Origin: Myxococcales bacterium
GTDB lineage: Bacteria > Desulfobacterota > Binatia > HRBIN30
DNA: 64,000 nucleotides
Assembly: GCA_037445065.1 (NCBI GenBank)
Contig: JBBILD010000004.1
Coordinates: 128,001 to 192,000, forward strand
Reading direction: 5' to 3'
A model generated the notes under the pieces. The model saw only the letters and a program-made list of their open reading frames with translations, made no database searches and was not told where the DNA came from. The position numbers and the translations under genes are program-made. Below are positions 1-9,701 of the stretch, one piece after another (the stretch's first letter is position 1; every line of letters starts with the position of its first letter).

Positions 1-1461
1 AGGGGTTTCTGCGTTGGCGGAGGAATCGGGCGCGGCCCGCGTGTAAACCAGCCTCCGCCCCTCCTCTAACTCGGATTCCAGCCGCACCCACTCCGCTTCA
101 GGCGTGTACCAGAGGTCAATCCGGAAGTTTGGTCCGAGCAAGGAGTAGCGTTTGGCTCGAACCTGGGCCGAGCCGAGCGGTACGAACTCTTCGCCTCGTT
201 CTTCGGTGCGGACCGCAACCCACTCTGCCGTTTGCGGGTTCAAAAGGTAGCCCCGCTGCAGGATCTCTGGATTCCAGTAAGCAAACGTCCACACGCAGCC
301 CTCGAGAGAGAGCTTGGTATTCTGGTCCTTCTCCACCAAAAAGCGGTTCCCGCTGCGTTGGGCGCGAACCTTTGTTTCTTTCCCGTTTTCGACAGTTGCG
401 GATTCGAGCGAGGTAAGGCAGCCATCTTGCCACCGTTCCACCGCTCGATGCCGATACCGGTACACCGGCACAATCCAAAATTTCACTTCGAACTGCGCTT
501 CGCTGATCAAGGTTCGAGATCCGTCGCCGTGGTTTTGGAGTTCGAAACGGTGCTGGCCAATCGGTTGTTCGCCGAGGATAACCTGAAACTCCCAGGTGCG
601 AGTGGTGGCCCCAGCAGGAGCGCAGGGAATGCCGAGCAAGAATCCGAGTAGGATGGCGGCCGGGAAGATACCCGCCTTGCCTCGCCATCGGATGCGCGGC
701 ACAAACGCCGGGACCCTCTGGCAGTACTGCGCATACGCCGGAGTGCGCCTTTTGAGATCGGCCTCAAGCAGTGGGACCCCGGAAAAGCGCGTGAGTAGCC
801 AGGTCATCAGCAGCGGGCTCGCGATCGTCCACCAGCCACCGGCGCTGAGGGCAATCAGGAAAATTCCCCACCACACACAAGCTTCTCCGAAGTAATTCGG
901 GTGGCGGCTTAAAGACCAGAGCCCTCGATCGAGCACTTGCGTTGAACTGGAGCGAGTTTTCCGAAAGCGGGCGAGCTGGTAATCTGCGACCGCCTCGAAG
1001 ACGAGGCCAAATCCTGTGAGGCCGGCGCCTAGAGCTGCTAGCGTAGGAGAGGACGGCGCTCCCCAACAAGCGGCGAGAATGGGTAGAGAGACCAGCCAAG
1101 CAAGCACTGCTTGGAAGCCGAAGACGAGGTACAGGCTCTTCCAGGCAAAACCGGGTTCGTAGCGTTTTTGCAGGGCAGCGTACCGCCGGTCTTCCGGTTT
1201 GCCCCAGTTCCGCCAGGTTAGATACGCGCTGAGGCGCAGCGCCCAGGTGCCCACGAGGACAAGCACCAGCGGTTCAGTCCAAGGTGTCCCCGGGCTGCTG
1301 GGCGCGTATACGAGGGCTGCGACGAGGAAAAAGCAGGGCCACAGGCTGTCCACGACGGAGACCTTGTGGGTGACCCGGCTCAGTAGCCAGCCGCCGAAAG
1401 CCAAGGTGAGGATGGCAACGAGGCCAGCTCCTGCCGATCGTAGCACGTCAGCGATGGGCAT
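1..1461 (-). CDS. DUF1295 (steroid 5-alpha-reductase-like) membrane protein fused to a C-terminal DUF6134-like domain; 3' end lies outside the window
   Basis: Absent from the ORF track because it has no stop in the window. I translated it by hand and it is open from ATG 1461 (GGAGG RBS at 1472-1468; alternative ATG 1467) to base 1. Motifs VDSLW, EDRRY, EAVADYQL and GLWSLSRHPNYFGE are DUF1295-like. They are followed by a hydrophobic helix and a beta-rich domain (IGQHRF, YRYRH...ERWQDGCL, AYWN, LLNPQT). Confidence 0.85.
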   Translation of the reverse strand, partial: MPIADVLRSAGAGLVAILTLAFGGWLLSRVTHKVSVVDSLWPCFFLVAALVYAPSSPGTPWTEPLVLVLVGTWALRLSAYLTWRNWGKPEDRRYAALQKRYEPGFAWKSLYLVFGFQAVLAWLVSLPILAACWGAPSSPTLAALGAGLTGFGLVFEAVADYQLARFRKTRSSSTQVLDRGLWSLSRHPNYFGEACVWWGIFLIALSAGGWWTIASPLLMTWLLTRFSGVPLLEADLKRRTPAYAQYCQRVPAFVPRIRWRGKAGIFPAAILLGFLLGIPCAPAGATTRTWEFQVILGEQPIGQHRFELQNHGDGSRTLISEAQFEVKFWIVPVYRYRHRAVERWQDGCLTSLESATVENGKETKVRAQRSGNRFLVEKDQNTKLSLEGCVWTFAYWNPEILQRGYLLNPQTAEWVAVRTEERGEEFVPLGSAQVRAKRYSLLGPNFRIDLWYTPEAEWVRLESELEEGRRLVYTRAAPDSSANAETP

Positions 1462-2014
1462 CGGCATCCTCCAGGGCTGAGACCGGCCGTTGATCCTGTG
1501 TTCTGTCGAGGATTGCCAACAGCAGGGGTAGTAGTACTGCCCAACCGGTGGCGAGGATGGCGAGCGACCAGCCAGGGTGCGGGAAGGTTGCGGCACCGAG
1601 CCGTGCCCCGGCCCAATACGAGAGTGGCCCCAGGGTCGCACCACAGGCAACCGCCGCGATCCGCTGCTGCCGTATCCACGTGGGGGCCACCCGCAGTGTG
1701 CTTGCGAACAGTGCCCACAAGCTGATGATCCAGGCAGGAGCCCAACCGATACGGTACCCAAGATGCGGGAAGTCCAAAGCCCCAACCAGCACAGCAAAGT
1801 TCTCCCAGATGGCCCCAAAACCCAGCCCGAGACAAAGCGCTCGCACTTCCTCGGTCCGGCTCTTGGAGACGGCGACATGCAGAGCGGCAAAAGCGCACGC
1901 CACGACCACGGCAGCCTCGGATGAGCCGTGTGCAGCGAGAAGCACCAGTGTAAACCAAGCCACGTAGAACCAGCCCACGGTCCACGCAGTGCGGCCGAGA
2001 GACTGTTCTTGCAT
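1448..2014 (-). CDS. DUF2878-family membrane protein
   Basis: Hydrophobic throughout; motifs APAWIISLWALFA and GPLSYWAGARLGA; lies directly downstream of a cfa-like gene. Start is ATG 2014 or GTG 2023 (the latter overlaps the upstream stop as GTGA). Confidence 0.75.
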   Translation of the reverse strand: MQEQSLGRTAWTVGWFYVAWFTLVLLAAHGSSEAAVVVACAFAALHVAVSKSRTEEVRALCLGLGFGAIWENFAVLVGALDFPHLGYRIGWAPAWIISLWALFASTLRVAPTWIRQQRIAAVACGATLGPLSYWAGARLGAATFPHPGWSLAILATGWAVLLPLLLAILDRTQDQRPVSALEDADAHR

Positions 2015-2019
2015 CTGCC

Positions 2020-3060
2020 TCACACTTTGTCCCTGGGCGCCAGTAAGTAGTGACTGACCCACCATTCCTGTCCGCCCCGATATTTGAACAGTTCGGCGCA
2101 AGCGAGAAAAAAGAGCTGCCAGCGCATCCGCCACACACGGGGGTTCTGCCCGTACACGGATTTCAGAATGGGTAGGATCTCGCGTTCGTTTTGCCAAAAA
2201 TTTTGCAACCAAGCCTCGCAGGTGCGCGCGTAGTGCCTTCCAGACCACCGCCACTGGCGCAGGATCTGCAGGTCTTGCTGGCAGTGCAGGGGCAAGGAGT
2301 CACTGGGCATCATGCCGCCAGTGAAGAAGTACCGGCTCATCCAATCCGAGGGGCCGGCTGGGGAGTATTCGTAGGGGACAGAGCGGTGCACGAAGACATG
2401 CATCAGAAAGCGCCCCTGGGGCGTAAGCCACGAGCGTACGTTGCGCAAAAGACGCGGCCAATTGCGCATGTGCTCGAACATCTCCACAGAAACGATGCGG
2501 TCAAAGCGTTGACCCGGATCAAAGTCGTTCATATCGCCTCGCTCGGCCTGCAAGTTGCGCAAACCGCGACGCGATGCTTGCTCGCGAAGGTAGTCAATTT
2601 GGCTTTGCGCATTGGAGACCGCTAGCACCGTGGAGCGGGGATAGCGGCTGGCGATCCACAGGCTGAGCGAGCCCCAGCCACAACCCAAGTCGAGCAGGGA
2701 GTGACCGTCTTCGAACTGCGCGTGGTCGCAGGTTCGCTGTAGGGCCTCTGCCTCTGCATCGGCGAGCGTTTGTGTCTCAGCGCTCCAGTAGCAGCAGCTA
2801 TATTTGCGATGCGGCCCGAGCACTTTCTCGAAGAACGCGGGTGGTAGTTCGTAGTGCTGCTCGTTGGCCTTTTCCGGAACCAAGGCAATGGGCGCCGAGG
2901 CCATCTGCTGTAGAAAAGCGGCTTGGTGCTCGGCGCAGGTCTCTGGATCACTGGCACCGATCTGGCGGAGGCGTGCGCGCAGTAATTGGCGAATGCCGGC
3001 CCGCAGAAGCGGTACCGGTACCCATCCGGTCTCCGCGAGCTGAACGGCAAGATTCCACAT
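2020..3060 (-). CDS. Cyclopropane-fatty-acyl-phospholipid synthase-family SAM-dependent methyltransferase
   Basis: Motifs ANEQHYE, KYSCCYW, SAM-binding LDLGCGWG, IVSVEMFEH and YFFTGGMMPS. Confidence 0.9.
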   Translation of the reverse strand: MWNLAVQLAETGWVPVPLLRAGIRQLLRARLRQIGASDPETCAEHQAAFLQQMASAPIALVPEKANEQHYELPPAFFEKVLGPHRKYSCCYWSAETQTLADAEAEALQRTCDHAQFEDGHSLLDLGCGWGSLSLWIASRYPRSTVLAVSNAQSQIDYLREQASRRGLRNLQAERGDMNDFDPGQRFDRIVSVEMFEHMRNWPRLLRNVRSWLTPQGRFLMHVFVHRSVPYEYSPAGPSDWMSRYFFTGGMMPSDSLPLHCQQDLQILRQWRWSGRHYARTCEAWLQNFWQNEREILPILKSVYGQNPRVWRMRWQLFFLACAELFKYRGGQEWWVSHYLLAPRDKV

Positions 3061-3334
3061 CGAAGGTCATAGTGAACGAAATCGAGATTGAGTCCAGGCC
3101 GTAGCGTTCGGCGCCGCGGGAACGATCCCGGGCAGGGGTTTTTGGGGATGCGCCCGCGAAGACGGCGAGCAGCGGTACTGGCGTTCTGGGCAGATCCTTG
3201 AGAATGAGCGCGCCGTTGGTGCACAGCAGCGTCACAGCGCCCCAGCTGTGCTGAAGGCTTGTTCGCGCAGGGATCCGGGGTCCGGGAAGGGTCAATCGCT
3301 CCCCGGTCCTCGGGGCTTGCGGGATCGCGCGAGT

Positions 3335-4282
3335 TTACTCCTCACCCGCGCTGGCGAAGGGGATGCAGAATTCCCACAATGGTACGAGGTCGGGTGGTAA
3401 AGGCGAGCAGAAATCCAAGGGTTTGTTCGAGCGAGGGTGGGGGAAAGCCAAGCGGTGCGCGTGCAGCGCTTGGCGGGTGGGTTGAGGGACGTGTGGGGCT
3501 TTGCGGGCGCGGCCGTAAGTAAGGTCGCCGACGATGGGATGGCCGAGGCTCGCGAGGTGGACCCGGATCTGGTGCGTGCGGCCGGTCTTCGGCTTGACGC
3601 GAAGCCAGCTGACCGAATCTCCGACACGAATTAGTTCGTACTCCGTCCATGCGGCTCGCCCTTCGCGGCGGATGGCCATTTTTTTGCGGTGAACGGGATC
3701 TCGCCCGATGGGTGTCTCGATGGTGGCGTGCACCCGGTGGGGCTTGCCCCACACCGCGGCAAGATACTCCTTTTCCACCGTGCGAGCGTGAAACTGGCGG
3801 GCTAGGAGGGCAAGGGTTTCGGGATCCTTCGCAATCACCAGCACCCCGGAGGTGTCCTTGTCGAGGCGGTGGACGATGCCGGGGCGCAGCGGATCCAAGC
3901 CACTGGGTTGGCCCTGCCAGCGATACAGAAGGCCGTGCACGAGAGTGCCTCGCGCATGAGTCGGAGCAGGATGGACCACCAGGCCAGCGGGCTTATCCAC
4001 AACCAGCAACCACGCGTCCTCGTACAACACCTGCAAGGGAATCGGTTCCGGAACGAGACCCGGTTCGTCGGCTGGGGGCGGTGGCAACACTTCAATGCGG
4101 TGCCCGGGCCGCAGGCGCTGGCCACACCGTGCGGGTTGCCCGTTGATGCGCACGTAGCCCGCCTCGATGAGCTTTTGCACGCGTGCCCGCGACCCCCAGC
4201 GGCCGATCTGGGCCAGGAAGCGATCGATCCGCTGCGGCGGGCCTTGGCTCGGGCTTTCGATAATTTCCGGCGTTGACTTCAT
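3335..4282 (-). CDS. rluD: RluA/RluD-family 23S rRNA pseudouridine synthase with an N-terminal S4 domain
   Basis: Motifs RIDRFLA, VDKPAGLVVHP, catalytic HRLDKDTSG, TGRTHQIRVH and QALHA; ATGA overlap with the ribF stop. Confidence 0.92.
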   Translation of the reverse strand: MKSTPEIIESPSQGPPQRIDRFLAQIGRWGSRARVQKLIEAGYVRINGQPARCGQRLRPGHRIEVLPPPPADEPGLVPEPIPLQVLYEDAWLLVVDKPAGLVVHPAPTHARGTLVHGLLYRWQGQPSGLDPLRPGIVHRLDKDTSGVLVIAKDPETLALLARQFHARTVEKEYLAAVWGKPHRVHATIETPIGRDPVHRKKMAIRREGRAAWTEYELIRVGDSVSWLRVKPKTGRTHQIRVHLASLGHPIVGDLTYGRARKAPHVPQPTRQALHAHRLAFPHPRSNKPLDFCSPLPPDLVPLWEFCIPFASAGEE

Positions 4283-5205
4283 CCGTTTCGTAAAATTTCG
4301 CGTGCCCGGGCGACATCGCGAGCGATTTGTTTGCGCAGGGCTGTCACCGACGGGAAGCGAAGTTCCTCTCGGAGTTTTTCGAGAATCCGGACTGTCAGCC
4401 GGCGTCCGTACAAATCGCCTTCGAAGTCGAGAATATGAACTTCGAACTGCCGGCTGACATCCCCAAAGGTAGGGTTCGAGCCGAGGTTCGCAACGGCTGG
4501 CTGCCAGCGATCGTTCCAGTACACTTCCACTACGTACACTCCGTCAGGGGGAAGCACTAAGTCGTCGGTGCGGAGGTTGGCGGTTGGGAACCCCAGGGCT
4601 TTGCCGCGATGGTGGCCATGCACGACTCGCCCAGCAAAGGTGTGCGGCCTGCCGAGCATTTCTTGGGCGAGTTTCAGGTTACCCTCGCTGATCAGTGAGC
4701 GAATCGCGCTGCTGCTCACCAGACGCCCCCCCACCTCGATCTTGCCCACGATCTCGACAGTGATTCCGAGTTCTGCCCCGAGCCTTTGCAGGAGTGCGGC
4801 ATCCCCGCGGCGAAAGTGGCCGAACCGCACCCGGTGACCCACAACGATGCCGCGCGCGCCTAGGGTCCCGACCAGCCAGTCGCGCACGAAGGGTTCGGGC
4901 TCCAGTGCAGCGAAGGAACGCGAAAAGCGCTGCAAGAGCACGCGGTCAATGCCGGAGGAGAGGATCGTCCCGATGCGGGTATGGAGATCCATGAGTTTTT
5001 TCGGAGCATGAGTCGGCATCAGAACCGCGGCCGGGTGGGGCTCGAAGGTCAGGGCCAGAGACGAGCCTCCAGCCTGGCGGGCCAGTGCGATGGTGCGCTC
5101 CAAAATCGCCTGGTGGCCCTGATGGACTCCGTCGAAGTTACCCAGCGTGACCACCGGATTGGTCACGTGTTTGCTGCAGGAACCAAAGTGGCGAAAGATC
5201 TTCAT
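4279..5205 (-). CDS. ribF: Bifunctional riboflavin kinase/FAD synthetase
   Basis: Motifs LGNFDGVHQGHQ, TFEPHP, VSSSAIR, LGFPTAN and EVHILDF; start trimmed to ATG 5205 (MKIFRH). Confidence 0.95.
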   Translation of the reverse strand: MKIFRHFGSCSKHVTNPVVTLGNFDGVHQGHQAILERTIALARQAGGSSLALTFEPHPAAVLMPTHAPKKLMDLHTRIGTILSSGIDRVLLQRFSRSFAALEPEPFVRDWLVGTLGARGIVVGHRVRFGHFRRGDAALLQRLGAELGITVEIVGKIEVGGRLVSSSAIRSLISEGNLKLAQEMLGRPHTFAGRVVHGHHRGKALGFPTANLRTDDLVLPPDGVYVVEVYWNDRWQPAVANLGSNPTFGDVSRQFEVHILDFEGDLYGRRLTVRILEKLREELRFPSVTALRKQIARDVARAREILRNG

Positions 5206-5403
5206 TGCGATCCGCCCGCTCGGGTGTGGCTGGCCGCGAGTGCTCGACTGGCCCCGCAAGTCATAGTACGGGCGCCGCCCGTGCGCACGCCGTTCGGGCA
5301 ACCGTCTCGGGGTGCCGTGCTCGGGAAACCCCTGGCGCTCACAACCGGGAGGCGGAAGCCACAGGCCCCCTTGCACGCGCGCCGGATGCGCATCGCTCCT
5401 CGG

Positions 5404-6207
5404 TTAGTCGCCGAGTTCCCGCAGCTTTTGTTTGGCCTGTTCCGCCTCTTCCGTGCGCGGGTACTCGGTGGTTAATTTGCGCAGCACCAGTTTGGCATCG
5501 GTGGTCTCGCCGCTGGCAGCAAAGGAGTCGGCCAGGAGCAGCAGGGCCGCAGGCGCCTTGTCTCCCTTGGGGTAGCGCATCATGACGTCACTTAACTCCC
5601 GCGCGGCGAGGCCGTAGTCCCGTTGATAGAAGTAACAAGCGCCAATCCAATATTGGGCATTGTCGGCCAAATCGGACTTGGGGTTCTTGCGCACAAACTC
5701 CTTGAGCCGAGCTGCGGCTTGGGCGCACTGGCCCTGGCGCACGAGGTTGAGCCCCTCCCGAAAATCTGGCGTGGATCCGGCACTCGCCTCTTCCCGGGCA
5801 AGGGCGACCTCGAGTGGGCTTTGCGGGCGGGCAGTCGGCACGGGCTGGATCGCCGACCCGGGCTGTGCGGGGGAAGGCTCGCTTGCCCCCGCAGGCGGAG
5901 CAGGGAGCGAACCCATGGCCAGCCGTTGCTCGATAGCGGTGAGTCGTCCGTCGAGTTCATTGAGCCGTTGCTGCAATTGGGCTGGGACCGGGCCGCCGCG
6001 CGCGGAGCTGCGCTCGGCGAGTTCCTGGCGCAAAATATCGAGGCGGCGGCGTAGCCCTTCGATGGCGACGTTTTGGTCCGCTACCATTGCCCGCATCTCG
6101 CGCTGTTGTTTTTTGAGGCGCTCCACCTCGGCGCGGCTCGCGCAACCCGAAATGGCGGCGCTGAGAAGCCCGAGCGCCGTGAAGCTGAGCAGAAAGCGCC
6201 GCCGCAC
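5404..6207 (-). CDS. cpoB: Tol-Pal system protein CpoB/YbgF (lipoprotein with coiled coil and TPR repeats)
   Basis: Lipobox ISGC, N-terminal coiled coil, TPR motifs ADNAQYWIG and YPKGDKAPAALL; immediately downstream of pal. Confidence 0.88.
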   Translation of the reverse strand: MRRRFLLSFTALGLLSAAISGCASRAEVERLKKQQREMRAMVADQNVAIEGLRRRLDILRQELAERSSARGGPVPAQLQQRLNELDGRLTAIEQRLAMGSLPAPPAGASEPSPAQPGSAIQPVPTARPQSPLEVALAREEASAGSTPDFREGLNLVRQGQCAQAAARLKEFVRKNPKSDLADNAQYWIGACYFYQRDYGLAARELSDVMMRYPKGDKAPAALLLLADSFAASGETTDAKLVLRKLTTEYPRTEEAEQAKQKLRELGD

Positions 6208-6208
6208 C

Positions 6209-6745
6209 TTATTCGCCCAGGACGACGAAGTGAGCCCGCCGATTTCGTGCCCAGCAATCCTCGTTGTGTTCTGTGCACAACGGCAGTTCCTCGCCGTAAC
6301 TGATAGTGGTCATGCGATCTGCGGCAATGCCGAGGCTCACTAGATAGTCTTTCACAGCACGCGCCCGCTTCGCCCCGAGCGCCAAGTTGTACTCGACCGT
6401 GCCTCGCTCGTCACAATGACCCTCGATTTCCACCTTCTCGCGCGGGTTTTCCTGCAACCATTCGGCGTTTTCGCGCAGCACGGCCCGCGCCTCTTCGTCC
6501 AGCTCATACGAGTCGAAGGCAAAATGCACATCGCGCAAGGGGCCACCATCGGCCGCAGGGCGCTCACCGGCCTTGAACCGTTCCAAGCTCCCGGCCGTGT
6601 CTACACCCTTTTCTTCGAGGCCCGCGGCTCCGGCCGTCTCGCCCGGCCCTTTTTTCCGCGAGGGACACCCGGGGAGAACCAGCAAAAGAGCAAGAGCGGC
6701 AAACACCCCAGCTCGACCTAGCATTCTCATCCTCCTCGGCCGCAT
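6209..6745 (-). CDS. pal: Peptidoglycan-associated lipoprotein Pal
   Basis: Lipobox LPGC; OmpA-C motifs [29 protein letters not shown] and ARNRRA. Confidence 0.95.
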   Translation of the reverse strand: MRPRRMRMLGRAGVFAALALLLVLPGCPSRKKGPGETAGAAGLEEKGVDTAGSLERFKAGERPAADGGPLRDVHFAFDSYELDEEARAVLRENAEWLQENPREKVEIEGHCDERGTVEYNLALGAKRARAVKDYLVSLGIAADRMTTISYGEELPLCTEHNEDCWARNRRAHFVVLGE

Positions 6746-6772
6746 GACCTGCGCAGGAGACTCAACCTGACT

Positions 6773-8092
6773 TCACTCCAACCACCGCGACCAGGCCGGA
6801 CTGGTATCATCACCACCCCCGTGAGTCAATTGAACTTGGCTCACGCCGGCCGCGTCCATCACGTAGAGCTTCTTGGCGCCACTGCGGTTCGAACTGAAGA
6901 CCAAATAGCGGCCATCCGGCGACCAGCTCGGGTCTTCGTTGTTTCCAGATGCCTGGGTAAGCTGCCGTACCTCACTGCCATCCGGCCGAATCGTGAAGAT
7001 GTTGAAGCCGCCTTCGTAACGACTCACGTACGCGATTCGGTCGCCCTTGGGGGACCATGCGGGGGACGTGTTGTAGTCCCCCTGGAACGTGAGCCGCCGC
7101 GCTTGCCCGCCGTCACTGCTCATAATGTAGATTTGCGGTGAACCTGAGCGGTTCGAACAAAAGGCGATTTGCCTCCCATCGGGAGACCAGGAGGGGGAGA
7201 CGTCAATGGCCCAGTGGTCGGTGAGTTTGCGGACCAGGTCGCCAGCCCGGTCGAGAAGCACGAGGTCAGAGCCTGAGGCATCATCCACAGTCAGCGCAAT
7301 CGTCGAGCCGTCGGGAGAGAATCGCCCTCCAAGGTTGAGGCCGAGACGACTGGAGATGCGGGTTTCCCGCCCGCTCAACAGGTCGAGCAAGTAGAGGTCC
7401 GGATTGCCCCGCTTGTACGAGGTGTACAGGAGGTTGCGGTTGTCTGGTGCCCAGGATGGGGAGACGGTGATGCTCGAGGCTTTTGTCACTTGCTGCAGAT
7501 CGCCACCGTCCAAGCTCATCACGTAAACCTCTTTGAAACGACCGTCGCGATTCGACACAAAGGCGATCCGCGAGTCGAACGGGCCCCGCTCGCCTGTGAA
7601 CTGCAGGAGGATTTCATCCGCGAAGCGGTGGGCCATGCGGCGCAGCAGGTCCACCGAACCGCGATAGCGGCGGCCCGTGAGCTGGCGCCGCTGCGGAACG
7701 TCGAACAACCTGGCTTCGAGGGTCAGCACATCGCCGTCGAGTTCAAAGGCTCCTTTTACCAGAGCCAGCGCTCCAAGAACGGTCCAGTTGTCGAACTGGA
7801 TCGTTTCGACATCCATTCCTGAGGTCTCGGGTTGCTCGATGTGAGCGGAGCGCTCGATAATCTTGAAGTAGCCGGAGAGCACCAGGTCGCGTTCGAGGAT
7901 CTCGGCGAAGCGGCGGCCTAAGTCACCTCCCGCTCCTCCAGGTGTCAAGTTTTTCGGAGGTGACACTGCGATCGGGTAGTTGCGCAACCCCGGACCGAAA
8001 ATGGTTCCTCGCACCTGGCCCCTGGCCAGCGAGGGGAGCAGGAGGAGCAACCAAATTGCGCAGGCTCGCCAACCTAAGGTACGTGCTCGCAT
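6773..8092 (-). CDS. tolB: Tol-Pal beta-propeller protein TolB
   Basis: Signal peptide, TolB N-domain and repeated PD40 motifs (SPSWSPDG); gene order. Confidence 0.95.
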   Translation of the reverse strand: MRARTLGWRACAIWLLLLLPSLARGQVRGTIFGPGLRNYPIAVSPPKNLTPGGAGGDLGRRFAEILERDLVLSGYFKIIERSAHIEQPETSGMDVETIQFDNWTVLGALALVKGAFELDGDVLTLEARLFDVPQRRQLTGRRYRGSVDLLRRMAHRFADEILLQFTGERGPFDSRIAFVSNRDGRFKEVYVMSLDGGDLQQVTKASSITVSPSWAPDNRNLLYTSYKRGNPDLYLLDLLSGRETRISSRLGLNLGGRFSPDGSTIALTVDDASGSDLVLLDRAGDLVRKLTDHWAIDVSPSWSPDGRQIAFCSNRSGSPQIYIMSSDGGQARRLTFQGDYNTSPAWSPKGDRIAYVSRYEGGFNIFTIRPDGSEVRQLTQASGNNEDPSWSPDGRYLVFSSNRSGAKKLYVMDAAGVSQVQLTHGGGDDTSPAWSRWLE

Positions 8093-8105
8093 CGTGGATC
8101 TCCTC

Positions 8106-9236
8106 TTACGGCTTCATCTGTGCCGCGTTGAAGGTGAACTCTACATCGGAAAACACCGACCGGTACTTTTCGGGGGGAGGAGGCATCGGGTTGATGGCGC
8201 GCACGGTGCGCTCCACCGACAAGTCGAAGCTACGATCGCCGCTTGGGCGTACAATGCGCACGTTGGTCACTTCTCCGGTTGGGGTGATGCTGAAGGCCAC
8301 GGTTGCTTCCAGGCTTTCGTCTCTCCCTGCCCAGGCCCAGTTGTCCTGCAGCCGCCGTTGGAGTTGACCCAAGTAGAGAACGTAATCGGGGTCGGCGAGC
8401 ATGCCTCCGGGACCTCCCGTTCCTGGACCAGCCGACAGCGGCCCGCCGGGCTGACTTCCTGGCTTGCTGCCCGTGCCTGCACCGCGCTCTCCTAACTGGG
8501 CCTGCAGGCGGCGGGTCGCCGCTAGGATCTGGGCGTCCAAAAGTTCTTTTTCCTTTTGCTTGGCCTGCTCCGCGGCCTTCTTGCGGGCTTCCTCCTCCAC
8601 CCGCTTGCGGGCCTCTTCTTCGGCTTTCTTGCGCGCCTCTGCTTCGGCCCGCAACCTCGCCTCTTCCTCTTTCTTCTTGCGTGCTTCGGCTTCGGCCTGG
8701 CGGCGTGCTTCCTCGGCTGCTCGCTGCGCTTCCTCGAGTGCTCGTTGCGTGCGCTGCGCGGCTGCGGTCTGCTGCGCCAGCTTCTGCACATCCACCGGAG
8801 GAGGGGTTGGCGTTGGCGCCTGAACCACTACGGCGGTGGTACGGGTTGGGGTCGAGGTAAAGGCGGGACTGGGCTTCTCTCGGATCGCGACGGCCCCTGG
8901 ATCGGACTTCGTTTCCAGGGCTGCCTCTGCCTTCTCCAGGACCGCGGGCTTGGCCTTTTGCGGCGCGGCTTCATCCGGCTTGGGAGCGGCTGCCATCGTC
9001 TGCCCTTGAGTTCGCCCGCGGCCGCCCTCGATCAGGTTGGTTCCCCCAATTTGATCGGGCGACACGAGTTCGACGGTGTACGAGCGCATGGGTTCTGGGC
9101 TGCGGTTGAACCAGCCACTCGGGAAGAAGAGCACGGCCAAAAACACGAGCGCATGCAGCAGCGCCGACAGCAGGAGCATGGGGAGGAAGCCCCGGTCGGG
9201 ACGCTCGCCATAGGTGCGCAGTGGGTAGTCGGTCAC
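8106..9236 (-). CDS. tolA: TolA/TonB-family energy transducer
   Basis: N-terminal TM with S-x3-H (SALLH), Ala/Glu/Lys/Arg-rich helical repeat, TonB-C-like end (SGDRSFDLSVERTV); lies between tolR and tolB. Confidence 0.88.
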   Translation of the reverse strand: MTDYPLRTYGERPDRGFLPMLLLSALLHALVFLAVLFFPSGWFNRSPEPMRSYTVELVSPDQIGGTNLIEGGRGRTQGQTMAAAPKPDEAAPQKAKPAVLEKAEAALETKSDPGAVAIREKPSPAFTSTPTRTTAVVVQAPTPTPPPVDVQKLAQQTAAAQRTQRALEEAQRAAEEARRQAEAEARKKKEEEARLRAEAEARKKAEEEARKRVEEEARKKAAEQAKQKEKELLDAQILAATRRLQAQLGERGAGTGSKPGSQPGGPLSAGPGTGGPGGMLADPDYVLYLGQLQRRLQDNWAWAGRDESLEATVAFSITPTGEVTNVRIVRPSGDRSFDLSVERTVRAINPMPPPPEKYRSVFSDVEFTFNAAQMKP

Positions 9237-9254
9237 ATTTGCTCGCCAGGTCGC

Positions 9255-9692
9255 CTACGATTTGTCCTTCTCGGGGACGGGCTCGGTCACCATGCCGAGA
9301 CGCTCTACGCCCGCTGCCTTGATCGCTGCGATCACCCGCATCACCTCTCCGTAGCGCACGTTTTGGTCGGCACGGAGGAAGACTTGCTTGTCAGGCTGCA
9401 GTCGCAGCACCGCCGCCAATTTAGCGCCGAGCTCCTCGGTGCGAATCGGCTGGTCGTTCAGGTAGACCGCTCCTTGCGGGGTAATCGTGACCACGAGCTG
9501 GACTTCTTCGCCCGGCAGTGCGGCGGCTTTTACCTTGGGAAGATTGACGCTCACCCCTTGCTGCAAGATCGGCGCAGTGACCATGAAGATCACCAGCAAC
9601 ACCAGCATAACGTCCACGAGGGGCGTCACGTTGATTGCCGCAATCGTTCCGCCAGCGCCCCCGTTGCCCGCAGAAGAGTCGTCCATCGCCAT
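9255..9692 (-). CDS. tolR: TolR/ExbD
   Basis: Motifs INVTPLVDVMLVLLVIFMVTAP and RADQNVRYGEV. Confidence 0.95.
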   Translation of the reverse strand: MAMDDSSAGNGGAGGTIAAINVTPLVDVMLVLLVIFMVTAPILQQGVSVNLPKVKAAALPGEEVQLVVTITPQGAVYLNDQPIRTEELGAKLAAVLRLQPDKQVFLRADQNVRYGEVMRVIAAIKAAGVERLGMVTEPVPEKDKS

Positions 9693-9701
9693 GGTTTTCC
9701 C

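Noticed and set aside
8520..8790. Repetitive DNA inside tolA
   Set aside because: It encodes the normal AEEARK-type helical repeat of TolA; not a CRISPR array or independent repeat.
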